A stretch of DNA of 64,000 bases from an uncultured virus (IMG/VR IMGVR_UViG_2799112846_000001) (IMGVR_UViG_2799112846_000001:1-64000), one strand, 5' to 3'; positions 19,727-29,889 are shown, counted from the first letter of the stretch. Numbers and translations: made by a program. The notes: generated by a model from the sequence alone, not told the origin.

Positions 19727-20573
19727 TTTTGTAGCGTTTATATTAACGCACGGCAGACCTGACAAAGTATATACATATAATACTTTACGTAATAATGGTT
19801 ATACAGGACCTATAGTATTAGTACTTGATAATGAAGATGTGACTATTGATGAGTATAAACGTCTGTATGAAGCTAAGCCAAATACTGACATATATATATT
19901 TGATAAATTAGATATATCAAATCGTTATGACACTGTGGATAATAGTAGTGAAAGGCGGTCGATATTTTATGCTAGAAATGCGTGTTTTGAAATTGCTAAC
20001 GATTTGGGCTACGATTATTTTTTAGAATTGGATGACGATTACACATGTTTTAGAAGTCGTTTAGATAATAATGGTAAGTTTGCCACTAAATATCATAGAG
20101 ACCTAGATAGTCTGTTTGAGTGTGTATTACAATTTTTAGACACATCACAGGCTGACACTGTGGCATTATCGCAGACTGGAGATTTTATAGGAGGCATGGG
20201 CTCAAACGTATGGAAACAGCAGTTAGCAAGAAAAGCTATGAATTCATTTTTTTGCAATACACATAAGCCGTTTGCATTTATAGGCAGAGTTAATGAGGAT
20301 GTTAACACATATGTAAATCTAGGTGGTAAAGGTAAATTGTTTTTTACTATAGCGAACGCATCATTGGACCAGTTGCAAACGCAAGCTAATTCTGGAGGTA
20401 TGACGGAACTATATTTAAACTCAGGTACATACATCAAGTCATTTTTCACTATAATAACAAACCCGTCATGCACTAAAATATACACTATGGGAGATACACA
20501 CAAACGTATACATCATATAATAGATTGGGAACATGCTGTACCTAAAATAGTCAGCGGTGATTTTAAAAAGTAA
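19707..20573 (+). CDS. GT-A glycosyltransferase (TET-associated/GREB1-like DNA glycosyltransferase type)
   Basis: FILTHGRP; ARNACF; FLELDDDY; NEDV; QANSGGMT. Confidence 0.7.
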   Translation: MIQIRNNFVAFILTHGRPDKVYTYNTLRNNGYTGPIVLVLDNEDVTIDEYKRLYEAKPNTDIYIFDKLDISNRYDTVDNSSERRSIFYARNACFEIANDLGYDYFLELDDDYTCFRSRLDNNGKFATKYHRDLDSLFECVLQFLDTSQADTVALSQTGDFIGGMGSNVWKQQLARKAMNSFFCNTHKPFAFIGRVNEDVNTYVNLGGKGKLFFTIANASLDQLQTQANSGGMTELYLNSGTYIKSFFTIITNPSCTKIYTMGDTHKRIHHIIDWEHAVPKIVSGDFKK

Positions 20574-20585
20574 GGAGAATAAACT

Positions 20586-21677
20586 ATGAAAATAAAAACT
20601 CAAGTGTTAAAAGAAATGTTAAGCAAAGCTGTGCAGGGAGCAGGTAATGATAAGATGATTCCAATAACTCAGTTAATAGGAATAAACGTTAACAATAATA
20701 GTATTATGTTAACTACATGCACTGGAAATGATTATCTGTATGTTATTGAAAGTTTAGATGATGCAGACGTAGAGGGTGAGATTGATGTAACACCATATGT
20801 AGAACAGTTTGCCAAGCTAATCTCAAAAATGACAAGTGAATATATTTATCTTGCTGTAAAAGATAATGGGCTTGAGGTTAAGGGTAATGGAACATACATG
20901 TTAGAGCTACAGCCAGATGAAGATGGCGAACTTATTATATACCCAGACCCATATCATTCATATATTAGCAGTAATAAGATTAAGTTTGCCAAAGATAAGA
21001 TTAAGCTAGAAGATATAAAGCTAGCTATAGAATCTGTAAAACCATCACTTGCAAATACTGATGAGTTACCTGCAATTAAGAATTACTATGTTGGTGATAA
21101 GTTGTTAGCGACAGATAAGAAAAAGATAGCAAGCTATAACAAGCAAATTATTAACAGCAACGTCCTTATGTCATTAAAGTTAGTTGACTTATTAGGAATA
21201 ATGCAAGATGATATTCAATACTATATTGCAGATGATGTGATGATATTCAAGACTGATAACTGTATTATCTATAGCTCACGTGGAGATGATGTAGAGGATT
21301 ATCCTGTAGCAGTGTTAGATAAGTTAGTAACTCAAAAGTTTGCAAGCATATGTAAGGTAAATAAAAACAGCTTTATTGCACTTCTTGAAAGAATTACATT
21401 GTTTGTAGGTAAGTATGATGATAATGCAATACGTTTATATTTTGAGAAAGATGGTATAAGAGTTGCAAATAAGAGTAGAGATAGTAATGAGGTTATAGAG
21501 TATGTTAGCAGTACAAAATATAAATCTTATAACTGTGTTATAAATGCATCTATGTTGTTAGACCAGCTTAGAGCATATCGAGGAGATATTGTAGAGATAC
21601 ATTATAATAATGATAAAGCTATTAAGTTTGTAGATGAAGACTTAGTGCAGATAATAGCACTAATGATAGTATCATAA
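20586..21677 (+). CDS. dnaN: DNA sliding clamp (Pol III beta-like)
   Basis: 363 aa; MKI...L...L..A, ATD, YP, FIALLERITLF, INASMLLD pattern; clamp-loader subunits are also present. Confidence 0.75.
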   Translation: MKIKTQVLKEMLSKAVQGAGNDKMIPITQLIGINVNNNSIMLTTCTGNDYLYVIESLDDADVEGEIDVTPYVEQFAKLISKMTSEYIYLAVKDNGLEVKGNGTYMLELQPDEDGELIIYPDPYHSYISSNKIKFAKDKIKLEDIKLAIESVKPSLANTDELPAIKNYYVGDKLLATDKKKIASYNKQIINSNVLMSLKLVDLLGIMQDDIQYYIADDVMIFKTDNCIIYSSRGDDVEDYPVAVLDKLVTQKFASICKVNKNSFIALLERITLFVGKYDDNAIRLYFEKDGIRVANKSRDSNEVIEYVSSTKYKSYNCVINASMLLDQLRAYRGDIVEIHYNNDKAIKFVDEDLVQIIALMIVS

Positions 21678-21680
21678 ATC

Positions 21681-21720
21681 AAATTGCACTGATTAGAAAT
21701 AGTCAGTGCAATTTTTATTT
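21681..21720 (+). terminator. intrinsic terminator
   Basis: AAATTGCACTGA/TCAGTGCAATTT stem followed by a T-run. Confidence 0.75.
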
Positions 21721-21747
21721 GACATATATAGTATATCGTGATATAAT
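21719..21747 (+). promoter_or_regulatory. consensus sigmaA promoter (CGTGA class)
   Basis: TTGACA-17-TATAAT. Confidence 0.85.
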
Positions 21748-21798
21748 GTTTAATATCAAATAAAGTGTATTGTCGTAAGACAGAAAGGAGAAATAAAT

Positions 21799-22149
21799 AT
21801 GGCACTATATTGGAATTGGGAAGATAAGATAGGTGAAGCAGAGATATTTAATTATGATAAGGTAGTTACTTATCAACTATATCAAGGAAATGCTTTTCTA
21901 ATCATACTGTATGAATATACAGATGAAGAGGGAAAAGATATGTATCAAATGTCAGGTTTCTTTACTGATGAGACTCATGCAAAGAGATGTTTAGGATTAG
22001 TTAAAGATACTGATAATATCTATAATACGGAATATCATAAGCTACAGAAGATACGCCTAAATAAGACCAAGTACAGATATACTAAGAAGCTAGTGGATAT
22101 GTTAGTCAAGGCATTTGATAATATTACGATTGAATTGTATACAGAATAA
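21799..22149 (+). CDS. hypothetical protein
   Basis: SD AGAAAGGAG. Confidence 0.7.
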   Translation: MALYWNWEDKIGEAEIFNYDKVVTYQLYQGNAFLIILYEYTDEEGKDMYQMSGFFTDETHAKRCLGLVKDTDNIYNTEYHKLQKIRLNKTKYRYTKKLVDMLVKAFDNITIELYTE

Positions 22150-22162
22150 AGGAGTATAAATA

Positions 22163-22972
22163 ATGTCACGACAATCATTAAAAAATATAGTAAACCTGGT
22201 AGATGCACTCAAAGAAGATTTACCAGTAGAGCAATCATTCTTACACGACTTAACTAGGTCAATAGAGCTTACGGACGAGAAGAACTCTCGTCCAGGTTCT
22301 AAAGCATATAAGCCAAGCGGGATGAATTGTATTAGACAGAGTTATTATGTATTGACCGGAGCACAGGCTGATGAACATAGCTCTAATAGTACTATAGTAG
22401 GTATATGTGAGAGTGGTTCAGACAGACATGAAAGAATACAGCAAGCGGTAATAGATATGCAGTCTAATAATATGGACTGTGAATATATCAACGTAGCTGA
22501 TTTTGTAAGACAGCGTGGACTAGATGAGTACTTAGATATAGTAAAAGAGCCAAACTTTGAAGCTGGTGAGTATGAAACAAAGTTATATCATAAGACACTT
22601 AATATGAGTTTTCTGTGTGATGGAATAATAAAGTATCATAGTCACTACTACATATTAGAGATAAAGACAGAGGCTAGTTTTAAGTTTGCAAATAGAAATG
22701 GAGTTGACCCATCACATTATCATCAAGCTATTGCCTACAGTATAGCGTTTGGATTAGATGATGTTATCTTCTTATATGAGTGTAGAGATAACTGCACTAA
22801 GAAGGCATTTATGTATCATGTTACTGATGATATGAAACAAGATTTAATAGGATATATAGAGACTTGTGATGAATACATTAAGAAGTTAAAAGTACCACCA
22901 ATACCGAATGATGTACCTAAGAAGACATGCAGTTGGTGTGATTATAAAGAGAGGTGTAACATAGATGCATAA
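22163..22972 (+). CDS. Cas4-like PD-(D/E)XK exonuclease
   Basis: PS..NC.RQ.YY, G..RH, CDGII..ILEIKT, Q..AY, C-terminal CSWCDYKERC. Confidence 0.8.
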   Translation: MSRQSLKNIVNLVDALKEDLPVEQSFLHDLTRSIELTDEKNSRPGSKAYKPSGMNCIRQSYYVLTGAQADEHSSNSTIVGICESGSDRHERIQQAVIDMQSNNMDCEYINVADFVRQRGLDEYLDIVKEPNFEAGEYETKLYHKTLNMSFLCDGIIKYHSHYYILEIKTEASFKFANRNGVDPSHYHQAIAYSIAFGLDDVIFLYECRDNCTKKAFMYHVTDDMKQDLIGYIETCDEYIKKLKVPPIPNDVPKKTCSWCDYKERCNIDA

Positions 22973-23471
22973 TGAAAAAGGAATACAACGAGGAAAAGAT
23001 TTTGAAGAGATAATCAAAAAAGGATTTTTAGCAGTACCAGATACTACAGTTGAAAGACTGCCAGACCCTACAAGTGGTTATTTGGGATATAGAAATCCTT
23101 GTGATTTTATCGTCTATCATTATCCGTATCAGTTTTATATAGAATGTAAAACAGTACATTCTCACAGACTTCCATTTACTAATGTAACATTCAATCAACG
23201 AACGGGAATGTTAGATGCTAGTAAGATAAAGGGAGTAGTAGCAGGTATCATATGTTGGTTCATACCTTGTGATAAAACATATTTTATACCAATAGAGTTA
23301 TATGAGCGTTATAGACTAGACGGTGTAAAAAGTTTAAATGTAAATGCTCAAGATACAAGCGAGTGGGTAGAAATACATGGAACTAAAAAACGTATATTCT
23401 TTGATTATGATATGCAAAGATTTATAGAAACATGCATACTAGATGGTATGGGAGAAAGGAGATATTTATGA
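22965..23471 (+). CDS. recU: Holliday junction resolvase RecU-like
   Basis: RGKDFE, PCDFI, IECKT, NVTFNQ. Confidence 0.75.
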   Translation: MHNEKGIQRGKDFEEIIKKGFLAVPDTTVERLPDPTSGYLGYRNPCDFIVYHYPYQFYIECKTVHSHRLPFTNVTFNQRTGMLDASKIKGVVAGIICWFIPCDKTYFIPIELYERYRLDGVKSLNVNAQDTSEWVEIHGTKKRIFFDYDMQRFIETCILDGMGERRYL

Positions 23472-23728
23472 GAGTTGCAGAGATGCAGAAACTAGGATTG
23501 ACTAAAATAAAGCCGTGCCCATTCTGTGGTGGGTTTAGTACATTAGCAAAGAAGTCAAAGACAATAATAAAAGGAGAGTTAGCATATACTACTTATGTAT
23601 ATTGCACTGATTGTCAAAGCAGAGGCAGAAGAGTGTTGCTCGGTGAAGATGAAAGAGATGATACAGAGTCAAGAGAGTTAGCAATATCACATTGGAATAG
23701 GAGGACTATACCATATGAGAATAGATAA
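23468..23728 (+). CDS. Lar-family restriction alleviation-like Zn-finger protein
   Basis: IKPCPFCGG...VYCTDC...AISHWNRR. Confidence 0.7.
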   Translation: MRVAEMQKLGLTKIKPCPFCGGFSTLAKKSKTIIKGELAYTTYVYCTDCQSRGRRVLLGEDERDDTESRELAISHWNRRTIPYENR

Positions 23729-24230
23729 CATAGACTTACAGAAGATAGCCGATATTAAAGATAAAGTTGAGGAACATTCAAAGACTATAAATCAGTTGGT
23801 AGAAGATACTATAAAGCCTTATGTTAAGGACTTAGACAAGTATGTACAGTTCATAAGAGATTGCCTTAAAGATGGAGAGAATCCGCCTACTGATGCTGAG
23901 TTAGATGATTTTGTTCTTAATCTATCAACACTTATATATTGGGCAAGCGGTGCGTGTGAGCAGTTAGGAATACGTGATGATATAAGTAAAGCAGTATATA
24001 AGGAAATGTATCATAGCAAGCGTAATGAATTAAATAGCGGTACAGTAGCAGATAAAGACTCTATAGCAGAGTTAGAGAGCATACAAGAGCAGATAACTAA
24101 TATCGTATATAATAGAGCATATAAGACAATGAAAGCAAAGATAGAGAACGCTCAAGAGCTTTTAAGCAGTGCTAAGAAAGTATTAAGCCACAGAATCACC
24201 TCCATAGAATTAGATAGGATTTCACGTTAG
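23715..24230 (+). CDS. helical hypothetical protein (possible recombination mediator)
   Basis: Coiled coil with GTVADK; SD AGGAGG. Confidence 0.6.
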   Translation: MRIDNIDLQKIADIKDKVEEHSKTINQLVEDTIKPYVKDLDKYVQFIRDCLKDGENPPTDAELDDFVLNLSTLIYWASGACEQLGIRDDISKAVYKEMYHSKRNELNSGTVADKDSIAELESIQEQITNIVYNRAYKTMKAKIENAQELLSSAKKVLSHRITSIELDRISR

Positions 24231-24288
24231 TAGTTGACTAATAACTTTTTTAGATATATAATATCTAAAAAGGAGGTGTGCTATTATT

Positions 24289-24969
24289 ATGCAAGAAATA
24301 TGGAAAGATATTAGAGGTTACGAGGGCTATTATCAGGTGAGCAATTTTGGGAATGTTAGAAGTATGGATAGAGTTGACAGTCATTGTAGAAACTTGAAAG
24401 GTCGGATATTGAAGTTGTCAAACGGAATATATAAAAGTGTAACTTTATCCATAAATAATGTATGTAAGAATTATAATGTTCATCGACTTGTAGCCGAAGC
24501 CTTTATACCTAATCCAGATAATCTTCCTTGTATAAATCATAAAGATGAAGATAAACATAATAACAATGTAAACAATTTAGAATGGTGTACTTATGGATAC
24601 AATAATAATTATAGTGAGTTGTCAAAAAAGGCATCTCTAGCGAGAATGGGTAAACCACTTTCACAAGAACATAAACGACATATAAGTGACACATTAAAGA
24701 AAAATGCTCCCGAAAGAATTGCGAAAAAAAGAAAAACTATGCATGAGCGTTATCCCAACGGATTAAAGCAAACTGAGGAGTCTAATCGTAAGAGAAGTGA
24801 TGCACTGAAAGGTAAGCCCAAATCAGAGGAAACGAAACAAAAAATGCGAAAACCAAAATCACCTGAAACAGTAGAAAAAATGCGATTGGCTCAAAAGCGT
24901 AGTCACGAGGCACGAAAACTTGGTATTACATATCAAGAGTATTTAAAGCAACTAAATGGTCAAGAATAG
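24289..24969 (+). CDS. NUMOD4-HNH homing endonuclease with NUMOD3-like tail
   Basis: EIWKDIRGYEGYYQVSNFGNVRS; HRLVAEAFIPNP..INHKDEDKHNN..NLEWCT. Confidence 0.9.
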   Translation: MQEIWKDIRGYEGYYQVSNFGNVRSMDRVDSHCRNLKGRILKLSNGIYKSVTLSINNVCKNYNVHRLVAEAFIPNPDNLPCINHKDEDKHNNNVNNLEWCTYGYNNNYSELSKKASLARMGKPLSQEHKRHISDTLKKNAPERIAKKRKTMHERYPNGLKQTEESNRKRSDALKGKPKSEETKQKMRKPKSPETVEKMRLAQKRSHEARKLGITYQEYLKQLNGQE

Positions 24970-24982
24970 GAGGTCAATAGAA

Positions 24983-25357
24983 ATGTTTGAAACGCTAATA
25001 GTGATGGGGATGTGTTTAACAGCATATCCACCAACAGAAGTTCCACCTACGTTTTGGGTTCAGGAAGTAGAGGAAGGCGAATACATAGGAACATATGAAT
25101 TAACAGCTTATACACATACCGGAAATAACTGTGCAGATGGTGTGTATCCATGTGCCGGAGTAACAGTTGCTTGTAATGATACAAGATTATGGCACAAGAC
25201 TATACGAATAGAGGGCTACGGTGACTTCTATGTACATGACACAGGAAGTATGGCTGTTATGGGTACGACTACAATAGATATTTTTGTTGATAGTTATAAC
25301 GAAGCAATTCAGTTCGGTAGGAAGAAAGGTGTTAAGGTTTATATATTAGAGGAGTGA
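24983..25357 (+). CDS. 3D-domain (lytic transglycosylase-like) protein
   Basis: TAY..ADG..GVTVA..IEGYG..VHDTG..IDIFV..EAIQFGR. Confidence 0.8.
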   Translation: MFETLIVMGMCLTAYPPTEVPPTFWVQEVEEGEYIGTYELTAYTHTGNNCADGVYPCAGVTVACNDTRLWHKTIRIEGYGDFYVHDTGSMAVMGTTTIDIFVDSYNEAIQFGRKKGVKVYILEE

Positions 25358-25363
25358 TGAAGA

Positions 25364-25639
25364 GTGTCAATAGAAATACTGATAAAGTACATTAAAGCTT
25401 ATCTTGATAACGAAATGTACAAATATGAAGCGTGTTATCTCAATAAAGAGGACTTAGAAGTGATTCTCAAAGCCTTAGAGCAACAGCCGAAGAAAGGGCA
25501 TTGGATAAAGACAGGTGATTATTATACAGGAGCTTATGAATGTTTAGATTATTTTGAGTGTTCTTGTTGCCATGAAGAAAGTCTTGAAGAAGGTGATTAT
25601 TGTCCTAACTGCGGAGCAAAGATGGAGGTGGGAGAATGA
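25364..25639 (+). CDS. hypothetical protein with C-terminal Zn ribbon
   Basis: GHWI..ECSCC..YCPNCGAKM. Confidence 0.7.
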   Translation: MSIEILIKYIKAYLDNEMYKYEACYLNKEDLEVILKALEQQPKKGHWIKTGDYYTGAYECLDYFECSCCHEESLEEGDYCPNCGAKMEVGE

Positions 25640-25917
25640 CGACAAATGAAGAAGCAATAAATACATTAAAAGATATTTTAGAAGAAGTAACCGAAAATGA
25701 TGATTCTGTTTGTTATGTGACAGTTGATGATGTGGATACTCTTAAAATGGCAATCAAAGCGTTAGAGCAGACAGACAAAGTTGAGGAAAGTAATTTTAGT
25801 ACGGAACAATATAAAGCAGATTTACAAGGTGCTTATGATTGCGGTTACAACAGTGGATATGCGGATGCAATGAATGATATAGCAGAAAGTGAGGGTGAGT
25901 ATGAAACTGATAGTTGA
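25636..25917 (+). CDS. hypothetical protein
   Basis: ATGA overlap with the previous gene; MTTNEEAI..MAIKALE motif. Confidence 0.7.
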   Translation: MTTNEEAINTLKDILEEVTENDDSVCYVTVDDVDTLKMAIKALEQTDKVEESNFSTEQYKADLQGAYDCGYNSGYADAMNDIAESEGEYETDS

Positions 25918-26101
25918 TATTTCAGATGAAATCTATAAGAAGTATATGAATGAAAGAATAAGAACTACGGATGTACTTCACGCTGTTAGTCATGGCACAC
26001 CACTAAAAGAATGGCTAAAGACATTCAACACAGATTCAGCACCTATTTGTTTTAATAAGATTCAAGATTTAAAGAGGGAGTGTGAGAAAGATGAATCTTA
26101 A
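25901..26101 (+). CDS. hypothetical protein
   Basis: MKLIVDI...HGTPL motif. Confidence 0.6.
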   Translation: MKLIVDISDEIYKKYMNERIRTTDVLHAVSHGTPLKEWLKTFNTDSAPICFNKIQDLKRECEKDES

Positions 26102-26229
26102 TTATGGAAGAGAATTGTATACATTCTTTTTAATACCAACTATAAGAGTGTATTCAAGATATAAGAGACATACTGAAATTGAAATTGTATGGTTAAAGTG
26201 GTTTGTTGGAATACAGATTTGGAAGGAGA

Positions 26230-27291
26230 ATGAATAGAATGAGTACTTTAGACGAAGTGATGAAAGATGTTAATAAGAAGTTTAAGGCAGATTTACTACA
26301 TACAGGATTATCAGAGACCGAATATGCAAGAATACCATTCACAAGTCCTAGACTTACATATATGACATTTGGTGGATTGCCGATTGGTAAGTTAATAGAG
26401 TTTTATGGAGAAGAGCATGGAGGTAAGACAACTACAGCATTAGATATAGTAGCTAATTATCAAGTACTAGAAGATGCTAGAAAAGTAATGTGGGTAGACT
26501 GTGAGCATACATTTGATGCGGTGTGGGCTAATAAGTTAGAAGTAGACGTAGACAGTCTTATAATGTTTGAGCCGGAAAATCAGAGTGCAGAGGAGATATT
26601 TGATGTTGTACTAGATGCTATGGACACTGGTGAATTAGGTTTAGTTGTCATAGATAGTTTCGGTGTAATGGTCTCAGCACAAGCATTAGGTAAAGATTTG
26701 ACAGAAAAGACATACGCAGGAATATCTAAAGCATTAACTGACTTTGGTGGTAGAGCAGTAGGTATATGCAATAAACATAAATGTACTTGTATAGGTATAA
26801 ATCAGCTAAGAGATGATTTTAATAGTATGTTCGGTGGTACAAAGACTGTTGGTGGTAGAGGTTGGAAACACGACTGTTCAGTAAGACTTGAGTTTAGAAT
26901 GGGAGAGTACATAGACGATAATAATAAGAAGTTGACTAGGGGTGTCGAGAACCCAGCCGGAAATAAAGTAATGGTAACTATGAAAAAGAATAAGACTTGT
27001 CCCCCTACAAGAAGAACAGGATTCTATACTCTTAAATATCTTGAAGGAATAGACTATCTAGCAGACTTAATAGAAGTAGCTATGAAATATGGAATAGTAG
27101 ATAAGTCAGGTGCTTGGTTTAATATTGTAGACATAGATACCGGAGAGATAATAGAAAAGAAGATACACGGTCAAGATGCAGTGAAGCAGTATCTAGCAGA
27201 TACACCAGATATATTAGCACAGATAGAACAGATGATAGCGGACAGAATAGACAGTGATGAAATAAGTCTTGAAGAACCAGAAGAAGAGTGA
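26230..27291 (+). CDS. recA: RecA recombinase
   Basis: GGLPIGKLIEFYGEEHGGKTT, VDCEH, VVIDS, INQLR, KNKT. Confidence 0.95.
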   Translation: MNRMSTLDEVMKDVNKKFKADLLHTGLSETEYARIPFTSPRLTYMTFGGLPIGKLIEFYGEEHGGKTTTALDIVANYQVLEDARKVMWVDCEHTFDAVWANKLEVDVDSLIMFEPENQSAEEIFDVVLDAMDTGELGLVVIDSFGVMVSAQALGKDLTEKTYAGISKALTDFGGRAVGICNKHKCTCIGINQLRDDFNSMFGGTKTVGGRGWKHDCSVRLEFRMGEYIDDNNKKLTRGVENPAGNKVMVTMKKNKTCPPTRRTGFYTLKYLEGIDYLADLIEVAMKYGIVDKSGAWFNIVDIDTGEIIEKKIHGQDAVKQYLADTPDILAQIEQMIADRIDSDEISLEEPEEE

Positions 27292-27329
27292 TATATTATT
27301 AGCAATAACACTTATCCCAAACACATAGA

Positions 27330-27365
27330 AAAAGCGTACAGTTTGTCGAGACTGTGCGCTTTTTC
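27330..27365 (+). terminator. intrinsic (possibly bidirectional) terminator
   Basis: AAAAAGCGTACAGT...ACTGTGCGCTTTTT. Confidence 0.7.
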
Positions 27366-27479
27366 ATTTTTTAAAAATTATTGAAAACTTTTGTATTGAC
27401 AAACATTATATAACGATATATAATGTAAGAGTAGTAAACATTAGTATACGATATATTAAATAAGAAAGGAACAACAGTT

Positions 27480-27818
27480 ATGAAAACAAATGAAGAAGGA
27501 GTTACATCAATGTCACTTGATGACGTTATTTCAGTTTTAGGAGAACTTGGTAGACAGACAGATACTATGCAGTTCATACCGCTCATTATGATGTCAATAG
27601 AATCACATTGTACTACTCATAAAGTTGAGATACGTGAGCTATTGAATACAATGTCTTTTATGACAGATATGGATAGCGTTATTAGAAGTAAGCATAATAT
27701 TGATACTCTTACAAAAGACGGTGTTGATGAGATATTAGGTATGGATGAAGAAGAGAGACAGAAGTTGTTAGATGATGTATTTGAGGATGTATTTGGAAAG
27801 GATAATAAAGATGATTAG
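27480..27818 (+). CDS. hypothetical protein
   Basis: SD AAAGGA; TTGACA promoter near 27396. Confidence 0.6.
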   Translation: MKTNEEGVTSMSLDDVISVLGELGRQTDTMQFIPLIMMSIESHCTTHKVEIRELLNTMSFMTDMDSVIRSKHNIDTLTKDGVDEILGMDEEERQKLLDDVFEDVFGKDNKDD

Positions 27819-28380
27819 TATGTTGAAAACTTGGAAAGGTGCTGTCGAGATAGACGGCACTGAGTACAAATCAATTCAAGACGCTATGAGCGTTTTAAAG
27901 ACGATTAAAGACGATATACACATAAAACTACTATCTAATAATAAAGACGCAAATATGAGTGTCACAGACACGTCAAAAGATGTTTCTAGCGACACACTTG
28001 AGCGTGAGACTGAATATCAAATCACTGTAAAAAAGTATATGACTATGAAAGCAACACCTGATTTTGATTTTATGCTCAAGTGGAATAATGATAAGCCAAT
28101 GCCTATGCGAATAATGCAAGGTACAGTTGAGAAAGAAACTAAAGGTATGGTTTACATGAAGCTACATGGATTAGCAAAGCCTACTATAACTTGCTATTGC
28201 TGTGGTAAAGAGTTAACTAATCCAATCTCAAGACATTATGGAATCGGTCCTATCTGTCTCAGTAAACTTGGTATCATTAGAGATATTGAGGATGTAGAGA
28301 ACATAAGAGAAGACTTGGTTAACATAACTTGGGAAGGATGGATAATAAAAAGTTCAATAACAGAAAGAAAGGAAGTATAA
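27811..28380 (+). CDS. hypothetical protein with DUF6011-like Zn finger
   Basis: CYCCGKELTNPISRHYGIGPIC. Confidence 0.65.
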   Translation: MISMLKTWKGAVEIDGTEYKSIQDAMSVLKTIKDDIHIKLLSNNKDANMSVTDTSKDVSSDTLERETEYQITVKKYMTMKATPDFDFMLKWNNDKPMPMRIMQGTVEKETKGMVYMKLHGLAKPTITCYCCGKELTNPISRHYGIGPICLSKLGIIRDIEDVENIREDLVNITWEGWIIKSSITERKEV

Positions 28381-28384
28381 GATT

Positions 28385-28945
28385 ATGGGAAACATTTATG
28401 GAAAGACAAGTTACTTTGACACAACAGTTGTGGAGAACGCAATTAAGAATTGCGGAATCACAAGACAGAAGTTGTCAACAATGGTATTAGGTAAAGATGC
28501 TTCATATCTATCTAATGCTGTGAACAATGGAAAGATGAATACTGAGTTACTTAAAAAACTATGTGAGTTTTTATCACTTGAGTTTGATAAGACAGTAGTA
28601 GTTATGGAAGATAAGCAGACACCGCAAAAAGAGCAGAAACAGCCTGAAGTAACAGTGCAGAACATACCACAGTTAGATACTTTGATATTAGGGTTGAATC
28701 AGTTATATGAGATACAGAAATTGCAGAATGAGGGAGTAAATAATCTTCTTGAGCAGATAAAGATTACAAACACAAAAATCAATAGACTTGAAAATGCTTT
28801 AGGACAGATAATAAATCACTCAATCGCAATTAAGGATACTCTAACTAATCAGCATAATAGTATTAGGGACATCAAGTCTTCTACAGCAACTATTAACGGA
28901 CGAGTTAGAGATATATTAAATCAAGAACTAAAAGAAAAGAAGTAA
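28385..28945 (+). CDS. XRE-like HTH plus coiled-coil protein
   Basis: GITRQKLS..LGKDASYLS...LKKLCEFL. Confidence 0.55.
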   Translation: MGNIYGKTSYFDTTVVENAIKNCGITRQKLSTMVLGKDASYLSNAVNNGKMNTELLKKLCEFLSLEFDKTVVVMEDKQTPQKEQKQPEVTVQNIPQLDTLILGLNQLYEIQKLQNEGVNNLLEQIKITNTKINRLENALGQIINHSIAIKDTLTNQHNSIRDIKSSTATINGRVRDILNQELKEKK

Positions 28946-28958
28946 GGAGGACAACAAC

Positions 28959-29138
28959 ATGAAACCAACAAAGGAGCAGTTTATTGACTATGTGCGTATT
29001 CAGATTAGTGGTGTGACTAACATGTTTGATGTGACTCGAGTGTGTGCATTATCTCGTAAAGGTCTTACGGAGGACATATGTTTTTACATTATGAACCACT
29101 ATAGCGAATTAAAAGAAGAATACGGAGTAGGAAGATGA
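28959..29138 (+). CDS. small hypothetical protein (DUF5049-like; not in ORF track)
   Basis: SD AAGGAGG; IQISGVTNMFD motif. Confidence 0.6.
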   Translation: MKPTKEQFIDYVRIQISGVTNMFDVTRVCALSRKGLTEDICFYIMNHYSELKEEYGVGR

Positions 29139-29473
29139 AAGTACGACCAACTAGGTTCTACTCTAACAAGCAAGAAAAAGCAGTTGCAAAAGCTGTTGGT
29201 GGCAAGAAAGTTGCCAACAGCGGTGCAACAGCATTTAATAAGGGTGATGTTACCACAGATGATATGCTCATAGAGTGTAAGACTTGCGTGGAGAATAAAA
29301 AGTCATTCAGTATTAAGAAAGAGTGGTTAGAGAAGAACAAAGAAGAAGCATTTGAAATGGGTAAGAGTTATTCAGCACTAGCGTTTAATTTTGGACCTGA
29401 TACTGATAACTATTATGTTATTGATGAGAAACTATTTAAGATATTAAAGGAGGCATTAGAAAATGACGAATGA
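29135..29473 (+). CDS. PD-(D/E)XK nuclease / Holliday junction resolvase-like
   Basis: QEKAVAK..NSGA..KGDV..LIECKT. Confidence 0.7.
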   Translation: MKVRPTRFYSNKQEKAVAKAVGGKKVANSGATAFNKGDVTTDDMLIECKTCVENKKSFSIKKEWLEKNKEEAFEMGKSYSALAFNFGPDTDNYYVIDEKLFKILKEALENDE

Positions 29474-29627
29474 GGTATTAGACTTTGGTTCAGAAGCACC
29501 AAATAAGATGACAGGAAGAGATATAACTTTTATAAAAAGACTTGTTGAATGGATTACATTACATGCTGATTATGGAGATATAACAGAGTTGTGTGAAGAA
29601 CTAAATGTTGATGAAATGTGGTTTGGT
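29463..29627 (+). CDS. hypothetical protein, 3' end lost in the assembly gap
   Basis: SD AAGGAGG; runs into the N-run. Confidence 0.5.
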
Positions 29628-29649
29628 NNNNNNNNNNNNNNNNNNNNNN
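29628..29649. other. assembly gap (N run)
   Basis: 22 N characters. Confidence 1.
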
Positions 29650-29661
29650 AGATAAAAAGAA

Positions 29662-29889
29662 ATGTTAAAAGCAGACGTAAACAAAGGTTATGTAAATATT
29701 GATATAGAGGGAAGTGTACCTGAGATAGGAGCAGATTTATGTGTTCTTATTAAGCATATTCATAGTAGTATCTTTGAAAAGAATACTATGGCGGCAGTAG
29801 CATTTAGACAAGCACTTACAAGAATGATAATGGATGAATCATTAGAACTATTCAAGATTGAATCAAAGGAGGGTAATAACAATGAGTAA
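29662..29889 (+). CDS. hypothetical protein
   Basis: ORF within an operon. Confidence 0.55.
   Translation: MLKADVNKGYVNIDIEGSVPEIGADLCVLIKHIHSSIFEKNTMAAVAFRQALTRMIMDESLELFKIESKEGNNNE

Noticed and set aside
22163..22972. CRISPR-Cas system suggested by the Cas4-like gene
   Set aside because: No repeat-spacer array or other cas genes; solo Cas4-like nucleases are common in phages.
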